DNA of 64,000 bases from a bacterium (GCA_963662285.2 CAXXMV010000001.1:1152001-1216000); one strand, 5' to 3'. Counted from the stretch's first letter, positions 19,987 through 29,958 are shown. Notes: generated by a model from the sequence alone, not told the origin. Numbers and translations: made by a program.

Positions 19987-20982
19987 CTATGCGGATTTAC
20001 GAATCACCAATTGAGTTTTTATATATTCTCCAGAGATTGATTCTTCCTCGCCTTTCATTGACCTGAGCAGCAGTTCCATAGCAGTTTGCCCCATTTCATA
20101 ACGGGGAATATGCACCGTCGTCAGAGAAGGACTGACAATAGAGGCCATCTCAACGTCATCGAAGCCCACAACCGCTAAATCATCAGGCACTTTACGTCCT
20201 AGTTCCTGAATCGCCTTGTAGGCGCCAAAAGCCAACTGATCCGAAAAACAAACCATCGCCGTGATGGAGGGATGCTCCTTTAGCAGTTTTAGAGAAGCCT
20301 CGTAAGCCGATGCGCATGTACCGGAACACATGACATCGGGGCAATTTGATTTTTCAAAGCCGCTTTCGCGGAGAGATTCTGTAAAAGCGTTAAGACGAAT
20401 TTGAGAAGTCATACTACCCGGGTGGCCATTGAGGAAACCAATTTTCTCATGACCTTTGCTGATAAGGTGGGCGACTACCTGACGAATGCCGTTGACGTTA
20501 TCAGGCATAACGAAAGGAATATCGAAACTCATATAGCGGCGGTTAATAAGCACGCAGGGAATAGACAAATCGGCTATTGACTGGATCAATTCACGGGATT
20601 CATAACTAGGCATTAGCAGGACGCCTTCAACCCGCAGAGAACGGAATTGCTCAATGATGCTCCACTCACGATCCCGTTCTTCCTGACTGAGACTAAGGAG
20701 AATCTGGAAACCGTTTTCGTAAGCGCGGTCTTCGATGCCCCGGATAATATCTGCATAGTATGGATTAGAGATATTGGGAACCATAACGCCGAGAAGGTTA
20801 GACTTTTTAGAACGCAGACTGGAAGCGATGCGATCAGGAATGTAATTCAATTCGCGTGCGATTTTGACAATCCGTTGTTTGGTATCCTCGCTGATGCCGC
20901 CGCGATTATTTAACGCCCGCGAAACAGTATTTGCAGTAACTCCCGCCTTTTTCGCAATTACTTTTAGAGTTACTTTACCCAT
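19987..20982 (-). CDS. LacI-family transcriptional regulator
   Basis: TLKVIAKKAGVTANTVSRALN HTH; LNYIPD; VVGFDD...PSLTTV. Confidence 0.95.
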   Translation of the reverse strand: MGKVTLKVIAKKAGVTANTVSRALNNRGGISEDTKQRIVKIARELNYIPDRIASSLRSKKSNLLGVMVPNISNPYYADIIRGIEDRAYENGFQILLSLSQEERDREWSIIEQFRSLRVEGVLLMPSYESRELIQSIADLSIPCVLINRRYMSFDIPFVMPDNVNGIRQVVAHLISKGHEKIGFLNGHPGSMTSQIRLNAFTESLRESGFEKSNCPDVMCSGTCASAYEASLKLLKEHPSITAMVCFSDQLAFGAYKAIQELGRKVPDDLAVVGFDDVEMASIVSPSLTTVHIPRYEMGQTAMELLLRSMKGEEESISGEYIKTQLVIRKSA

Positions 20983-21102
20983 TTTTTCGCCTCCCGATGC
21001 ATCGAATAGATTTTTTTATTCAGCTCACTATAATTAGGAAGTAAATATAATGCATTTTATAAGAATACCAATGGCATCTGTTCAGGTTGAGGGATCCAGA
21101 CG

Positions 21103-22011
21103 ATGAAGTCAAAGCAAAGAACTGAAGACCAATGTTATGAGTATTTTTTATGGGATATACCAGATCAAAGCATATCAGACCAGAGTATACCAGATCAGAG
21201 TATACCAGCCCAGAGCATACCAGATCAGAGCATACCAGACCAGAGCATACCAGACCAGAGCATACCAGACCAGAGCATACCAGACCAGAGCATACCAGAC
21301 CAGAGCATACCAGACCAGAGCATACCAGATGGCAAACTTCTGGTTATTGCTCAAACAATCTGCAATCAATACAAACCAACAAAAGAAACAACCTGCTCAG
21401 CCGCTTTTTATCCTTATAGTGATTTAAGGAATACAATAAGAATCGAAAATTGTCTAACCAAAATCAGAATAAGCGATATCCTGCGCACTGCGCCTGAAAC
21501 GATTATTGAGTATTTAATTGAGATTCTATTAGCTAAAGCATTACGGAGAAGACCACAACAGCATTGGATGGATAAGTTCAACGAATATATTCATAGCCCG
21601 AATGTTGAAGAGCAACATGCCTTAATCAGACGCTCTAGAAAACGAAAAATACTTACATCGCCGCAAGGCAAACATTATGATCTGCAAGAAGTGTTTTGTC
21701 GGATAAATCAAAAATATTTCTCAGGAAAACTGCCGCAGCCTGAATTATCCTGGAGTCCCAAACGCAGCCGCCGACAACTGGGTTACCATGAGGAATCTCT
21801 CAACCTGATCGTAATCAGCCAGAATCTAGACAGAAAGCGCGTACCGGAATTTGTGGTGGATTATATCATGTATCACGAATTACTGCACATAGATATTCGG
21901 CCAACCAGCCGCAATGGTAGAAGGATAGTACACTCGAAGGAATTCAACCAACAAGAACGAAAATTCGAACAATACAAAGATGCGCTGCGTTGGTTGAAAG
22001 AATCTTTATGA
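21103..22011 (+). CDS. SprT/YgjP(DUF45)-like zinc metalloprotease with N-terminal SIPDQ repeat
   Basis: VPEFVVDYIMYHELLH (HExxH) and a downstream 'VHSKEF...E'. Confidence 0.8.
   Translation: MKSKQRTEDQCYEYFLWDIPDQSISDQSIPDQSIPAQSIPDQSIPDQSIPDQSIPDQSIPDQSIPDQSIPDQSIPDGKLLVIAQTICNQYKPTKETTCSAAFYPYSDLRNTIRIENCLTKIRISDILRTAPETIIEYLIEILLAKALRRRPQQHWMDKFNEYIHSPNVEEQHALIRRSRKRKILTSPQGKHYDLQEVFCRINQKYFSGKLPQPELSWSPKRSRRQLGYHEESLNLIVISQNLDRKRVPEFVVDYIMYHELLHIDIRPTSRNGRRIVHSKEFNQQERKFEQYKDALRWLKESL
21154..21330 (+). repeat. 15-bp tandem repeat (AGCATACCAGACCAG) x ~12, in-frame pentapeptide SIPDQ
   Basis: Read directly from the sequence; 5' units are degenerate and 3' units identical. Confidence 0.95.
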
Positions 22012-22018
22012 TATTGCT

Positions 22019-22366
22019 TTATGATGTTTTAGAGAAAGCCTCCAGGGCTTTATCTCTATCGTCATAGGTTTCTAAAATCTGGTTAATGCGCGTGGCTTCA
22101 AAGGTCTGCATAACTCGCCGCTGAAGTTTAAGAAATTTCAAATCTCCGCCACGGTCACGGGAATCACGGGTAAAAGCGACAAACACGCCTACTGTATAAG
22201 AAGAGATTATCTCAACTCCTGAAAGATCGAGAATAATCTTGATACGATCCTGTTTAAGAAGGTCGTGCAATTCACCACGCAGCCAAACAGTATTTTCGAA
22301 GTCAAGTTCTCCATTGATAATCAAGATTGAAATATCACCAATATCTTCTCGCTCTACAGGAATCAT
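22019..22366 (-). CDS. STAS-domain anti-sigma factor antagonist
   Basis: GELDF...IILDLSGVEIISS...GGDLKF STAS pattern. Confidence 0.85.
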   Translation of the reverse strand: MIPVEREDIGDISILIINGELDFENTVWLRGELHDLLKQDRIKIILDLSGVEIISSYTVGVFVAFTRDSRDRGGDLKFLKLQRRVMQTFEATRINQILETYDDRDKALEAFSKTS

Positions 22367-22983
22367 TCACCAACTCCTTTCAGTGACAAACTTTCATAAT
22401 TCATCAGTTCACTCGCCTCTTCAGAAGAAATCACCTTTTGTGATTCCAATATCTTGATTAAAGTCGCCAACATGCAACTGTTGGCATATAAAATCTCACC
22501 AGTTTCAAAGCGGGATTTAATAGAAGGTCCGATATCGGAGGTTTGATTACCTGAAGTAAGATCGTTTTTTGCGGAAAAAGCATCTTTTACAGGTCTTGAA
22601 TCTTGAGCAGAATTTTTTTGATTCGATTCAGGACTAGCCTCAATATTTATCTTGAATGAATCTACCGCCTCAGCGCGCGTCGAATAAACCTTAAATAATT
22701 CAATTACGCGATTTTGTTTCAAATACTGCATTAAGGCGCGCTGAGGATTAAGAAAACGTATATCTCCGCCATTAGCCCGCAGTTCTTTCATATGTGATAT
22801 GAGAAGACTAATTGTCTGCTGTCCCATAAAACGGATCGAGAACAGATCGAGAATGACCTTAAAAACACGACTATCAATTAAATCTTTGATAGTTCTATCA
22901 AGTTGTTGATGACCACGACTATCCAGTTCCCCGGAAAGAGATAAAACTACAATATCATCATACAGTTTAGTTTCAATTTGCAT
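22363..22983 (-). CDS. STAS-domain protein with C-terminal extension
   Basis: LSGELDS...VILDLFSIRFMG...GGDIRF, followed by a linker and a helical tail; 4-bp overlap with the downstream STAS gene. Confidence 0.8.
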   Translation of the reverse strand: MQIETKLYDDIVVLSLSGELDSRGHQQLDRTIKDLIDSRVFKVILDLFSIRFMGQQTISLLISHMKELRANGGDIRFLNPQRALMQYLKQNRVIELFKVYSTRAEAVDSFKINIEASPESNQKNSAQDSRPVKDAFSAKNDLTSGNQTSDIGPSIKSRFETGEILYANSCMLATLIKILESQKVISSEEASELMNYESLSLKGVGE

Positions 22984-23083
22984 GTTTTAACCAAAAACGC
23001 TTGCTTAACTACGATTATGATAATATAAAGCAAATTTTCATATTAGAAAACTCTAATCCATACCAGAAGCGTAATAAGTCAAA

Positions 23084-23293
23084 TTAGTTTTTATCGTTCT
23101 TCTCTTCGGCTTTCTCAATTTTGGGTGAATCTGCTGCATCATCATCATCGTTCAAAGATGTGATTGATTTTTTGAATTCGCGGATACCGCTTCCCAGTGA
23201 TTTTCCCATCTCTGGAAGGCGCTTGGCGCCAAAAATCAATAAAACGATAAAGAGGATAATCATCAGTTCCCAAGGTCCCATGTTCCAAGGCAT
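23084..23293 (-). CDS. tatA: Twin-arginine translocase subunit TatA
   Basis: MGPWELMIILFIVLLIFGAKRLPEMGKSLGSGIREFKK; RBS aggaga before ATG 23293. Confidence 0.93.
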   Translation of the reverse strand: MPWNMGPWELMIILFIVLLIFGAKRLPEMGKSLGSGIREFKKSITSLNDDDDAADSPKIEKAEEKNDKN

Positions 23294-23493
23294 TATTTTG
23301 TTTCTCCTTAAATGTACGGTTCGAAAATAAACGTCAATAACTAGTCTCACCTAGTATATAATCTTACTCACTTATACATAGGTTCGTCAAGGATTTTTGA
23401 CAAGGTTGATTCATCGGCGTTCTTCAGCGAGCATGCTTGCTCTATAATACCCGATGATACAGGCTAAACCTTAATTCAAAAGTAAAGCGTAAG

Positions 23494-25608
23494 ATGGAAG
23501 CCACATCTAACAATAATGATAAAAGCCGTTTATTGGGTATAGATATCGATTCGTTGACAGCGGATCAGTTTCTAGATCGGATTGATACGTTTATCAAATC
23601 CGGTAAACCACATCAGATATCTTATTTAAATGCTGATTGTCTCAATAAATGCTGGTCTGACAGGCTTTATAGAGATGTGATTTCAGAATCGGACCTGGTC
23701 TACGCCGACGGTATGGGAGTAGTGTGGGCATCACGCCTGTTCGGGAATCCTCTGCCTGAACGCTTAAATGCTAACGATTTATTACCCCGGTTTTGCCATA
23801 GATCAGAGGAGAATAATTACCGTATTTTCCTCTTGGGCGGAGAAAAAGGCATAGCGGAAAAGACCGCCGAAGACCTTAAGTCGAAGTATCCCAACCTTCA
23901 AATCGTCGGTTGTCATCATGGTTTTTTTACCGGCGCAAAAGAGGAAGATGATGTAATAAACCTGATTCATGAGTCAAAAGTAGATATTCTGATAGTGGGA
24001 ATGGGCGCTCCCAAGCAGGAATTATGGATTCGTAAGAATATTGACCGGCTTGGAGTTCCGGTTGCATGGGGCGTTGGTGGATTGCTCGATTATTCCGCCA
24101 AGGGCATCCAAAGAGCGCCATCCTGGATGCGTAAAGCCGGTATGGAATGGTTTTGGCGTCTTTGCCTTGAACCGCGTAGGTTGTGGCGCCGCTATCTCTT
24201 AGGGAATATTTTATTTACGTTCCGCGTCGGTTTTTTAATTTTCGCAGATGCATTATCCGCAACTCTGGCATGGTTTGCCGCCTATGCGCTTCGCGCATTC
24301 CTTATTCCATATATGACATTTTTGCCCTATTCATTACTCAAACCATTAAATCCATTTATTAATTATATCGTTGCTCTTCCGATGATTATCATTACCTGGA
24401 TTGTCATCTGCGCATCGATGGACCTCTATCGAAGACAAACTTTTCGAACGTCATTCGAAGAATTGAGCGCTATAGTCAAGATGTCTTTTCTTTTCTTGAT
24501 AACATCAATGGCTGTGGCTTTTTTACTGAAAGACTTAAGTCTTGGTAGATCAGTGTTAATACTATCATCCATGATGTCATTCTTGATGATGATAGTAACC
24601 AGATTAATCTGGTCGAGCGTTGAAAAGTCATTCTTCGAAGAAGGAATTGGGAGAGTAAGAACTTTAATAGTCGGTTCGGATCAATATGTCCAAAAAGCGA
24701 TTGATCGCCTTCAGTCTGATCGAAACAAGAAATATATGATTTTAGGCATATTAGACGACGATTATGAACCCGGAGATTCTATTTACGGACAGCCTATACT
24801 TGGCAAAGTGAAAAGTTTGCCGGAATGGGCCAAAACTCTGGCGGCTGATGAGATATTTTTTGCTGATCCTAAATTGGAAAAACGCAAGCTACTCAATCTG
24901 GTAGCCTCTTGTGGAGAGAGCACCTCTGTTAGGCAATATAATATTTTGACCGACTTATTCGGAGTAATCACGGATCATGCCTTTTTTGACGCTGATGATG
25001 ATATCCCGTTTAAGGTGCTGAAACGTGGCGGTATAACCCCATTCGAGCAAATTTTGAAGAGATTTTTAGATATCAGTATGGCCAGCATTATGCTGTTATC
25101 TATGATTTCTTTTTTTCCAATTATCTGTTTGTTAATCCGGCTTAGTTCACCAGGCGCCGCCATTTTCCGGCATAAACGAATTGGTCTTAACGGGCAGCCG
25201 TTTATCATGTACAAATTCCGTACTATGTATCAGGAAGTGAATGAGTACGAGGAAGCCCCCATCAGAGTTGACGATCAAAGAATCCTTCCTATTGGACGTT
25301 TTCTACGTAGAACAAGTCTGGATGAACTGCCTCAGTTATGGAATGTACTCAAAGGTGAGATGAGTATGGTAGGCCCCAGACCGGAAATGTCGTTCATTGT
25401 TGAAGATTATGAACCCTGGCAGCGCCGTCGCCTCACAGTGGTTCCAGGCATAACCGGATTGTGGCAAATCAGCGGACGCAAAGACCGTCCGCTCCACTCT
25501 AATCTGGAATACGACTTTTATTATATCCAAAACCAATCGCTATTGTTTGATATCATAATCCTGCTTAAGACATTCCCGGTAGTACTATTCGGCAAAGGCG
25601 CTTACTAA
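23494..25608 (+). CDS. Fusion of WecB/TagA/CpsF glycosyltransferase and WcaJ-type polyprenyl-phosphate glycosylphosphotransferase
   Basis: N-terminal YADGMGVVWA, VGMGAPKQE, GVGG, RAPSWM..GMEWFWRL..EPRRLWRRY; C-terminal KFRTM, SLDELPQLWNVLKGEMSMVGPRP, PGITGLWQ. Confidence 0.9.
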   Translation: MEATSNNNDKSRLLGIDIDSLTADQFLDRIDTFIKSGKPHQISYLNADCLNKCWSDRLYRDVISESDLVYADGMGVVWASRLFGNPLPERLNANDLLPRFCHRSEENNYRIFLLGGEKGIAEKTAEDLKSKYPNLQIVGCHHGFFTGAKEEDDVINLIHESKVDILIVGMGAPKQELWIRKNIDRLGVPVAWGVGGLLDYSAKGIQRAPSWMRKAGMEWFWRLCLEPRRLWRRYLLGNILFTFRVGFLIFADALSATLAWFAAYALRAFLIPYMTFLPYSLLKPLNPFINYIVALPMIIITWIVICASMDLYRRQTFRTSFEELSAIVKMSFLFLITSMAVAFLLKDLSLGRSVLILSSMMSFLMMIVTRLIWSSVEKSFFEEGIGRVRTLIVGSDQYVQKAIDRLQSDRNKKYMILGILDDDYEPGDSIYGQPILGKVKSLPEWAKTLAADEIFFADPKLEKRKLLNLVASCGESTSVRQYNILTDLFGVITDHAFFDADDDIPFKVLKRGGITPFEQILKRFLDISMASIMLLSMISFFPIICLLIRLSSPGAAIFRHKRIGLNGQPFIMYKFRTMYQEVNEYEEAPIRVDDQRILPIGRFLRRTSLDELPQLWNVLKGEMSMVGPRPEMSFIVEDYEPWQRRRLTVVPGITGLWQISGRKDRPLHSNLEYDFYYIQNQSLLFDIIILLKTFPVVLFGKGAY

Positions 25609-25696
25609 GATTTTTCAGATCAAGTAGACATTCTTTCCTCAATAAGTTACCATTTATTACAGAAATCATCTTCCCCATCTGAAAGCGTATTGAGAT

Positions 25697-25957
25697 ATGT
25701 TAATCAATATCATGACGTCAACCGCTGGACCGGGTATGGGAAACATATTATTCTCCGCCAGTTTATGGATTATTACCATGATGATTATACTCTACAAACA
25801 AGCCGGGATTCAGTTGATTGGGACGCTGATAATTCTCTCCGGATTCGCCGCATTATTGTTGCAGTCTAAAATTACAGCTTCGCTAAGTCTGATAATTGCC
25901 GGTTTTCTGATTCATGGCTGCGGAAGACTACTGTTGAATATCCGAAAACGCCGTTAA
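25697..25957 (+). CDS. Small hypothetical membrane protein
   Basis: 86 aa, about three hydrophobic segments and a basic C-terminus; fills the intergenic gap. Confidence 0.45.
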   Translation: MLINIMTSTAGPGMGNILFSASLWIITMMIILYKQAGIQLIGTLIILSGFAALLLQSKITASLSLIIAGFLIHGCGRLLLNIRKRR

Positions 25958-26083
25958 AACGCTCGCTATTATTAGTGCAGAATTAATCAAGAGGGATAAA
26001 CATATTCCATTTTTTTCTGTATACTGCCCATCACAATCTCGATCCTCATAAATCTAAAAAATACATAAGAATGGATCACAATT

Positions 26084-27100
26084 ATGGAATTTACAGAGAT
26101 ATTAGACATTTTGCTTAACGGTCAATCATTAACTGAAGAGATTGCAGGTCTGGCGATTTCGACCGTGATGGATGGGAAATGCACTCCGGCGCAAATTGCA
26201 GCCTTGTTAACCGCTCTGCGCTGCAAAGGAGAGACAACTGACGAGATAGTTGGCGCAGCTCGCGCCATGCGCAGTCATGCTACGCCGATCAAGACTAGCA
26301 GGCAAGGATTAATGGACACCTGCGGAACTGGCGGCGACCGAAGCGGTTCATTCAACATCTCCACAACAACAGCTTTCGTAGTCGCAGGGGCAGGAGTTCC
26401 GGTGGCTAAACATGGCAATCGCTCGGCAACAAGCAAATGCGGCAGCATAGACCTTCTGGAACAACTTGGCGTCAATGTCATGATAACGCCGGAACAGGCG
26501 GGATGCTGTTTAGATGAAGTGGGCTTCAGCGTCCTTTTTGCGCGCACAGTTCACCCGGCCATGAAATATGCCGCGCCAGTCCGGTCAGAACTGGGTTTTA
26601 GAACAATTTTCAATTTCCTGGGTCCACTAACCAATCCTGCATCGCCGGACTATCAGTTAGTGGGAATCAGCGATGTAGGCCATATTGAGACTTACGCCCA
26701 ATGCCTTCAGAAATTAGGCCTCAAACGCGCGTGGGTAGTGAACGCTTCGGATGGATTAGATGAAATAACCCTCACCGGTTCAACGCAATGCTTCGAAGTC
26801 ACACAGGATGAAATCAAACAGCGCGAAATTAATCCAGAAAAGTTAGGTTTGAATTTATGCTCCCCGGTTGACCTTAAAGGCGGCTCCCTGGAAGACAATG
26901 CGGCAATTACCCTGGGCATACTTAATGGCGAAGACAAGGGCGCGAAACGCGAAATCACTTTGCTCAATGCAGGAACGGCATTAACTGTCGCAGAGCAGGT
27001 TCCTTCTATCGAAGAAGGCATTAAACTCGCGGCGGACAGCATTGATTCCGGCAGGGCGTATGATGTATTACAGAAACTGATTCAATTCACCAATCAGTAA
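26084..27100 (+). CDS. trpD: Anthranilate phosphoribosyltransferase
   Basis: DTCGTGGD, FNISTT, KHGNRS, RTIFNFLGPLTNP and DGLDE motifs. Confidence 0.96.
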   Translation: MEFTEILDILLNGQSLTEEIAGLAISTVMDGKCTPAQIAALLTALRCKGETTDEIVGAARAMRSHATPIKTSRQGLMDTCGTGGDRSGSFNISTTTAFVVAGAGVPVAKHGNRSATSKCGSIDLLEQLGVNVMITPEQAGCCLDEVGFSVLFARTVHPAMKYAAPVRSELGFRTIFNFLGPLTNPASPDYQLVGISDVGHIETYAQCLQKLGLKRAWVVNASDGLDEITLTGSTQCFEVTQDEIKQREINPEKLGLNLCSPVDLKGGSLEDNAAITLGILNGEDKGAKREITLLNAGTALTVAEQVPSIEEGIKLAADSIDSGRAYDVLQKLIQFTNQ

Positions 27101-27128
27101 GCGTTTTTTTATATAAGGAAAAATCATA

Positions 27129-27884
27129 ATGCGTTTTGAAGATAAAAAAATTCTATTAACCGGCGCCAGCAGCGGGATCGGATATGCTTCTGCGTTATTG
27201 CTGGCCGAAGAAGGCGCGGATGTCGCGTTCACTTACAACCATAACCAAAAAGGCGCTCTACAACTGGAAGAAGAGTTAAAAAAGAAAGGCCGTGAGGTTC
27301 ATTGTTTTCAAGTAGATATGACCCAAGACGATGAGGTTGTATCTCTTGCGGAAAAAACCATAGAGAAATTCGGCAAAGTCGACATCTTAATCAACAACGC
27401 CGGAGGATTGATTGAGCGCATGCCGTTTTTTGAGATTTACCGCAAAAGATGGGATGAGGTCATGGAACTCAATCTGTGGAGCGTGGTGCTTCTTTCACAA
27501 AAAATCGGCGCCGACATGAAACAGAAGGGCGGCGGCGTTATTGTACACAACGCATCAGTGGCGGGGCGCTTCGGCGGTGGAGTGGGGGCCTGCGCCTACA
27601 GCGTCTCCAAAGGCGCGTTGATTACATTGACCAAATCTATGGGACGCGAACTGATCACCGATGGAATCAGAGTAAACGCCCTGGCGCCGGGCGTTATTGA
27701 TACGCCCTTTCATGAACAATTCACGCCGCCTGACGTTATGAAAAGTTTGATGGAAAAGGTACCTATCGGACGTGCTGGCGCATCTGATGAGATGGCCAAA
27801 ATAGTCGCCTTCCTGGCTTCCGAAGACAGCAGTTACCTGATCGGCGCCACCATAGACGCCAACGGCGGTATGTGGGTAATCTGA
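27129..27884 (+). CDS. Short-chain dehydrogenase/reductase (SDR)
   Basis: TGASSGIG, NNAG, YSVSKG (YxxxK), IRVNALAPG. Confidence 0.92.
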   Translation: MRFEDKKILLTGASSGIGYASALLLAEEGADVAFTYNHNQKGALQLEEELKKKGREVHCFQVDMTQDDEVVSLAEKTIEKFGKVDILINNAGGLIERMPFFEIYRKRWDEVMELNLWSVVLLSQKIGADMKQKGGGVIVHNASVAGRFGGGVGACAYSVSKGALITLTKSMGRELITDGIRVNALAPGVIDTPFHEQFTPPDVMKSLMEKVPIGRAGASDEMAKIVAFLASEDSSYLIGATIDANGGMWVI

Positions 27885-27913
27885 TTCTGATTGTATTAAT
27901 CAATTAAAAAACC

Positions 27914-27940
27914 AAAGCCCCGGCGAATCGCCGGGGCTTT
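27914..27940. terminator. Bidirectional intrinsic terminator
   Basis: aaagccccggcg-aat-cgccggggcttt between convergent genes. Confidence 0.8.
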
Positions 27941-27970
27941 ATTATAAACCAGTATTAATTGGGGAATATC

Positions 27971-28579
27971 TTATTCGATCCTGCTTCCCGGACCAAATAT
28001 GGCTATATCGCCTATACTATTGAGGCCATTGGTAGAATCATAGCGCATAGTACAATCATCACCATTGGTTCCACATAGTCCTGTCATTCCGGCATTAGGT
28101 CCAAATGATTTGACATACCAACGGGATGAACAGCCTTGGGTATTCGAACGGTTAACCGCCTCACTTCTTGCGAGAAATGGAGAAAAATACGCCCAATAAT
28201 CATGACATACAGTAGTTCCATTGGAACCCATTCCCTCAGGCGTAGAAAAATAACGATACCAAGTCCATGCTACTATTGCTTCTGGTTGCCCGCTATTATT
28301 TTCAAAGGGTGGAGGAAACACGTCCTTTGGCACCGCACTAATATAAGAAACCGGAGTAGTCAACATTGGCAAGTAATGGCTGGGAGGATAGGCATTTCTA
28401 TCTAAATGGTATTGTTCTTGAGCCATTCCAATAGCTTTAAGGTCTGATTTACACCGTGCGATTTTCGCCCTCACTTGCGCATTCAAAAAGTTAGGAACAG
28501 CTATAGCCGCCAATATCCCGATAATGGCGACTACAATCAACAACTCAATCAAGGTAAAAGCTTTTTTCTTCCTTTTCAT
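27971..28579 (-). CDS. Prepilin-type N-terminal cleavage/methylation (GspG/type IV pilin-like) protein
   Basis: KKKA|FTLIELLIVVAIIGILAAIAVPNF class III signal with E+5; LTTPVSY motif; YDSTNGLNSIGDI tail. Confidence 0.9.
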   Translation of the reverse strand: MKRKKKAFTLIELLIVVAIIGILAAIAVPNFLNAQVRAKIARCKSDLKAIGMAQEQYHLDRNAYPPSHYLPMLTTPVSYISAVPKDVFPPPFENNSGQPEAIVAWTWYRYFSTPEGMGSNGTTVCHDYWAYFSPFLARSEAVNRSNTQGCSSRWYVKSFGPNAGMTGLCGTNGDDCTMRYDSTNGLNSIGDIAIFGPGSRIE

Positions 28580-28745
28580 ATATGACCTCCCATTAAATTT
28601 CTACTCTGCCAGGATCATAAGCACACTATAACTATTAAATGAATTACTAATTGTCAAGCAAGGGTGATTGATCAACCCTCACCTAACCGACCCACCAAAT
28701 AACAACCTTGTTATCTCACAAAACACCTCTCCCAACTATATTGTA

Positions 28746-29783
28746 TTACGCATGTGCGCAGGGACAATACTTAAAATAATCATCCGCCGCGCATGAAGGC
28801 AACGGCCCGGCATGAGCGATCTGCTGCTGCTTAAATACCGATAGCCGGTTGCTTGCTATGGTAGTTAGTTTTTTACTTTCTTCTTCAGTAATTGGTTTAT
28901 ATGCGCGTCCTGCAATAACCGCTTTTTCAAAGAGATCGAGAAAGCCTGGTGGAATGGCCACAGCGACATTGGGCTGTGAAAGCGAATAACGAACCGCCAT
29001 GTTTATAGTCTCCTGATCTTCGAGAGGACGATACCACCACTGACGGGTTTTTTCGACGCCTTCGCCCCAGAGTCCACCGCACATGGTTTTCATGGCCAGT
29101 ACGGCGGTTCCTTTTTCTTTGGCCAGTTGAGTCACCTCGCTGCCAAATCCGAAAACGTGATTCTCAATAAAGTTGATGGGAAACATAACCGTGTCGAAAT
29201 TAAATTGGTTCAAAGCCATAAGTGCGCTTTTAGTGGTATGCGAAGAGAAGCCGATGAATCTGATTTTGCCTTCTTTTTGAGCCTTAAACATAGTTTCCAT
29301 AACACCATTGGGGCCGAAAGCCTGTTCAACTTCTTCCTCTTTGCGCAGGTAGTGCATCTGATACAGATCAAAATGATCGGTATTCAGGCGCTTGAGCGAA
29401 CGCTCCAGTTCCATCCGGGCGCCTTCTTTATCGCGCATCTTGGTTTTGCATGCCAGAAAGACCTTATCGCGGTCAATTCCTTTCATGCCGACGCCCATTT
29501 TTTTCTCACAATCGCCGTCTTTTCCATAAGCCGGAGCGTTATCGAAAAAATTGATGCCTTGCTCCTGCGCGAATTTCATGGCGTGGTTGCATTTCTCTTG
29601 TTCGTCGTGCATGAGCGACAGACCGGCAAGCCCGACGATGGATACTTTTTCGCCGGTTCTTCCCAGAATCCTGGTTGGATATGCTTCGTTTATTGAACTT
29701 TCAGAACCGAATGATGTCTTAAGCCCGACGGCGGCTTGCCCAGCCGTCAAGCCAGCGATTTTCAGAAAAGGTCGTCTCTTCAT
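28746..29783 (-). CDS. Aldo/keto reductase, Tat signal
   Basis: MKRRPFLK signal; LGRTGEKVS, FDNAPAYG, SLKRLNTDHFDLYQMH and GKIRFIGFSSH motifs. Confidence 0.9.
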   Translation of the reverse strand: MKRRPFLKIAGLTAGQAAVGLKTSFGSESSINEAYPTRILGRTGEKVSIVGLAGLSLMHDEQEKCNHAMKFAQEQGINFFDNAPAYGKDGDCEKKMGVGMKGIDRDKVFLACKTKMRDKEGARMELERSLKRLNTDHFDLYQMHYLRKEEEVEQAFGPNGVMETMFKAQKEGKIRFIGFSSHTTKSALMALNQFNFDTVMFPINFIENHVFGFGSEVTQLAKEKGTAVLAMKTMCGGLWGEGVEKTRQWWYRPLEDQETINMAVRYSLSQPNVAVAIPPGFLDLFEKAVIAGRAYKPITEEESKKLTTIASNRLSVFKQQQIAHAGPLPSCAADDYFKYCPCAHA

Positions 29784-29892
29784 GGTTACCTCTATATAAA
29801 CCGATATTTTATTCTTAGGTTGATTGAAATTTCACATGGCGCTTTTGTGATTTTATCATCTAAACAGAAATTCACCTATAATTCTCTATAAA

Positions 29893-29929
29893 ATTGAATG
29901 CATATCTTTAAATAAGATATGCATTCAAT
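29893..29929. terminator. Perfect 16-bp-stem inverted repeat downstream of the 29959-30879 gene
   Basis: attgaatgcatatctt-taaat-aagatatgcattcaat. Confidence 0.5.
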
Positions 29930-29958
29930 GGTTTGGTAATTGCATAAATCTGGACGAC

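Noticed and set aside
21154-21330. Tandem repeat as a CRISPR array
   Set aside because: Contiguous 15-bp units with no spacers, in frame within a CDS, and no cas genes nearby.
21137-21427. Alternative-frame repeat ORFs (RAYQT, EHTRP, WYALV)
   Set aside because: By-products of a stop-free 15-bp repeat overlapping the protease gene.
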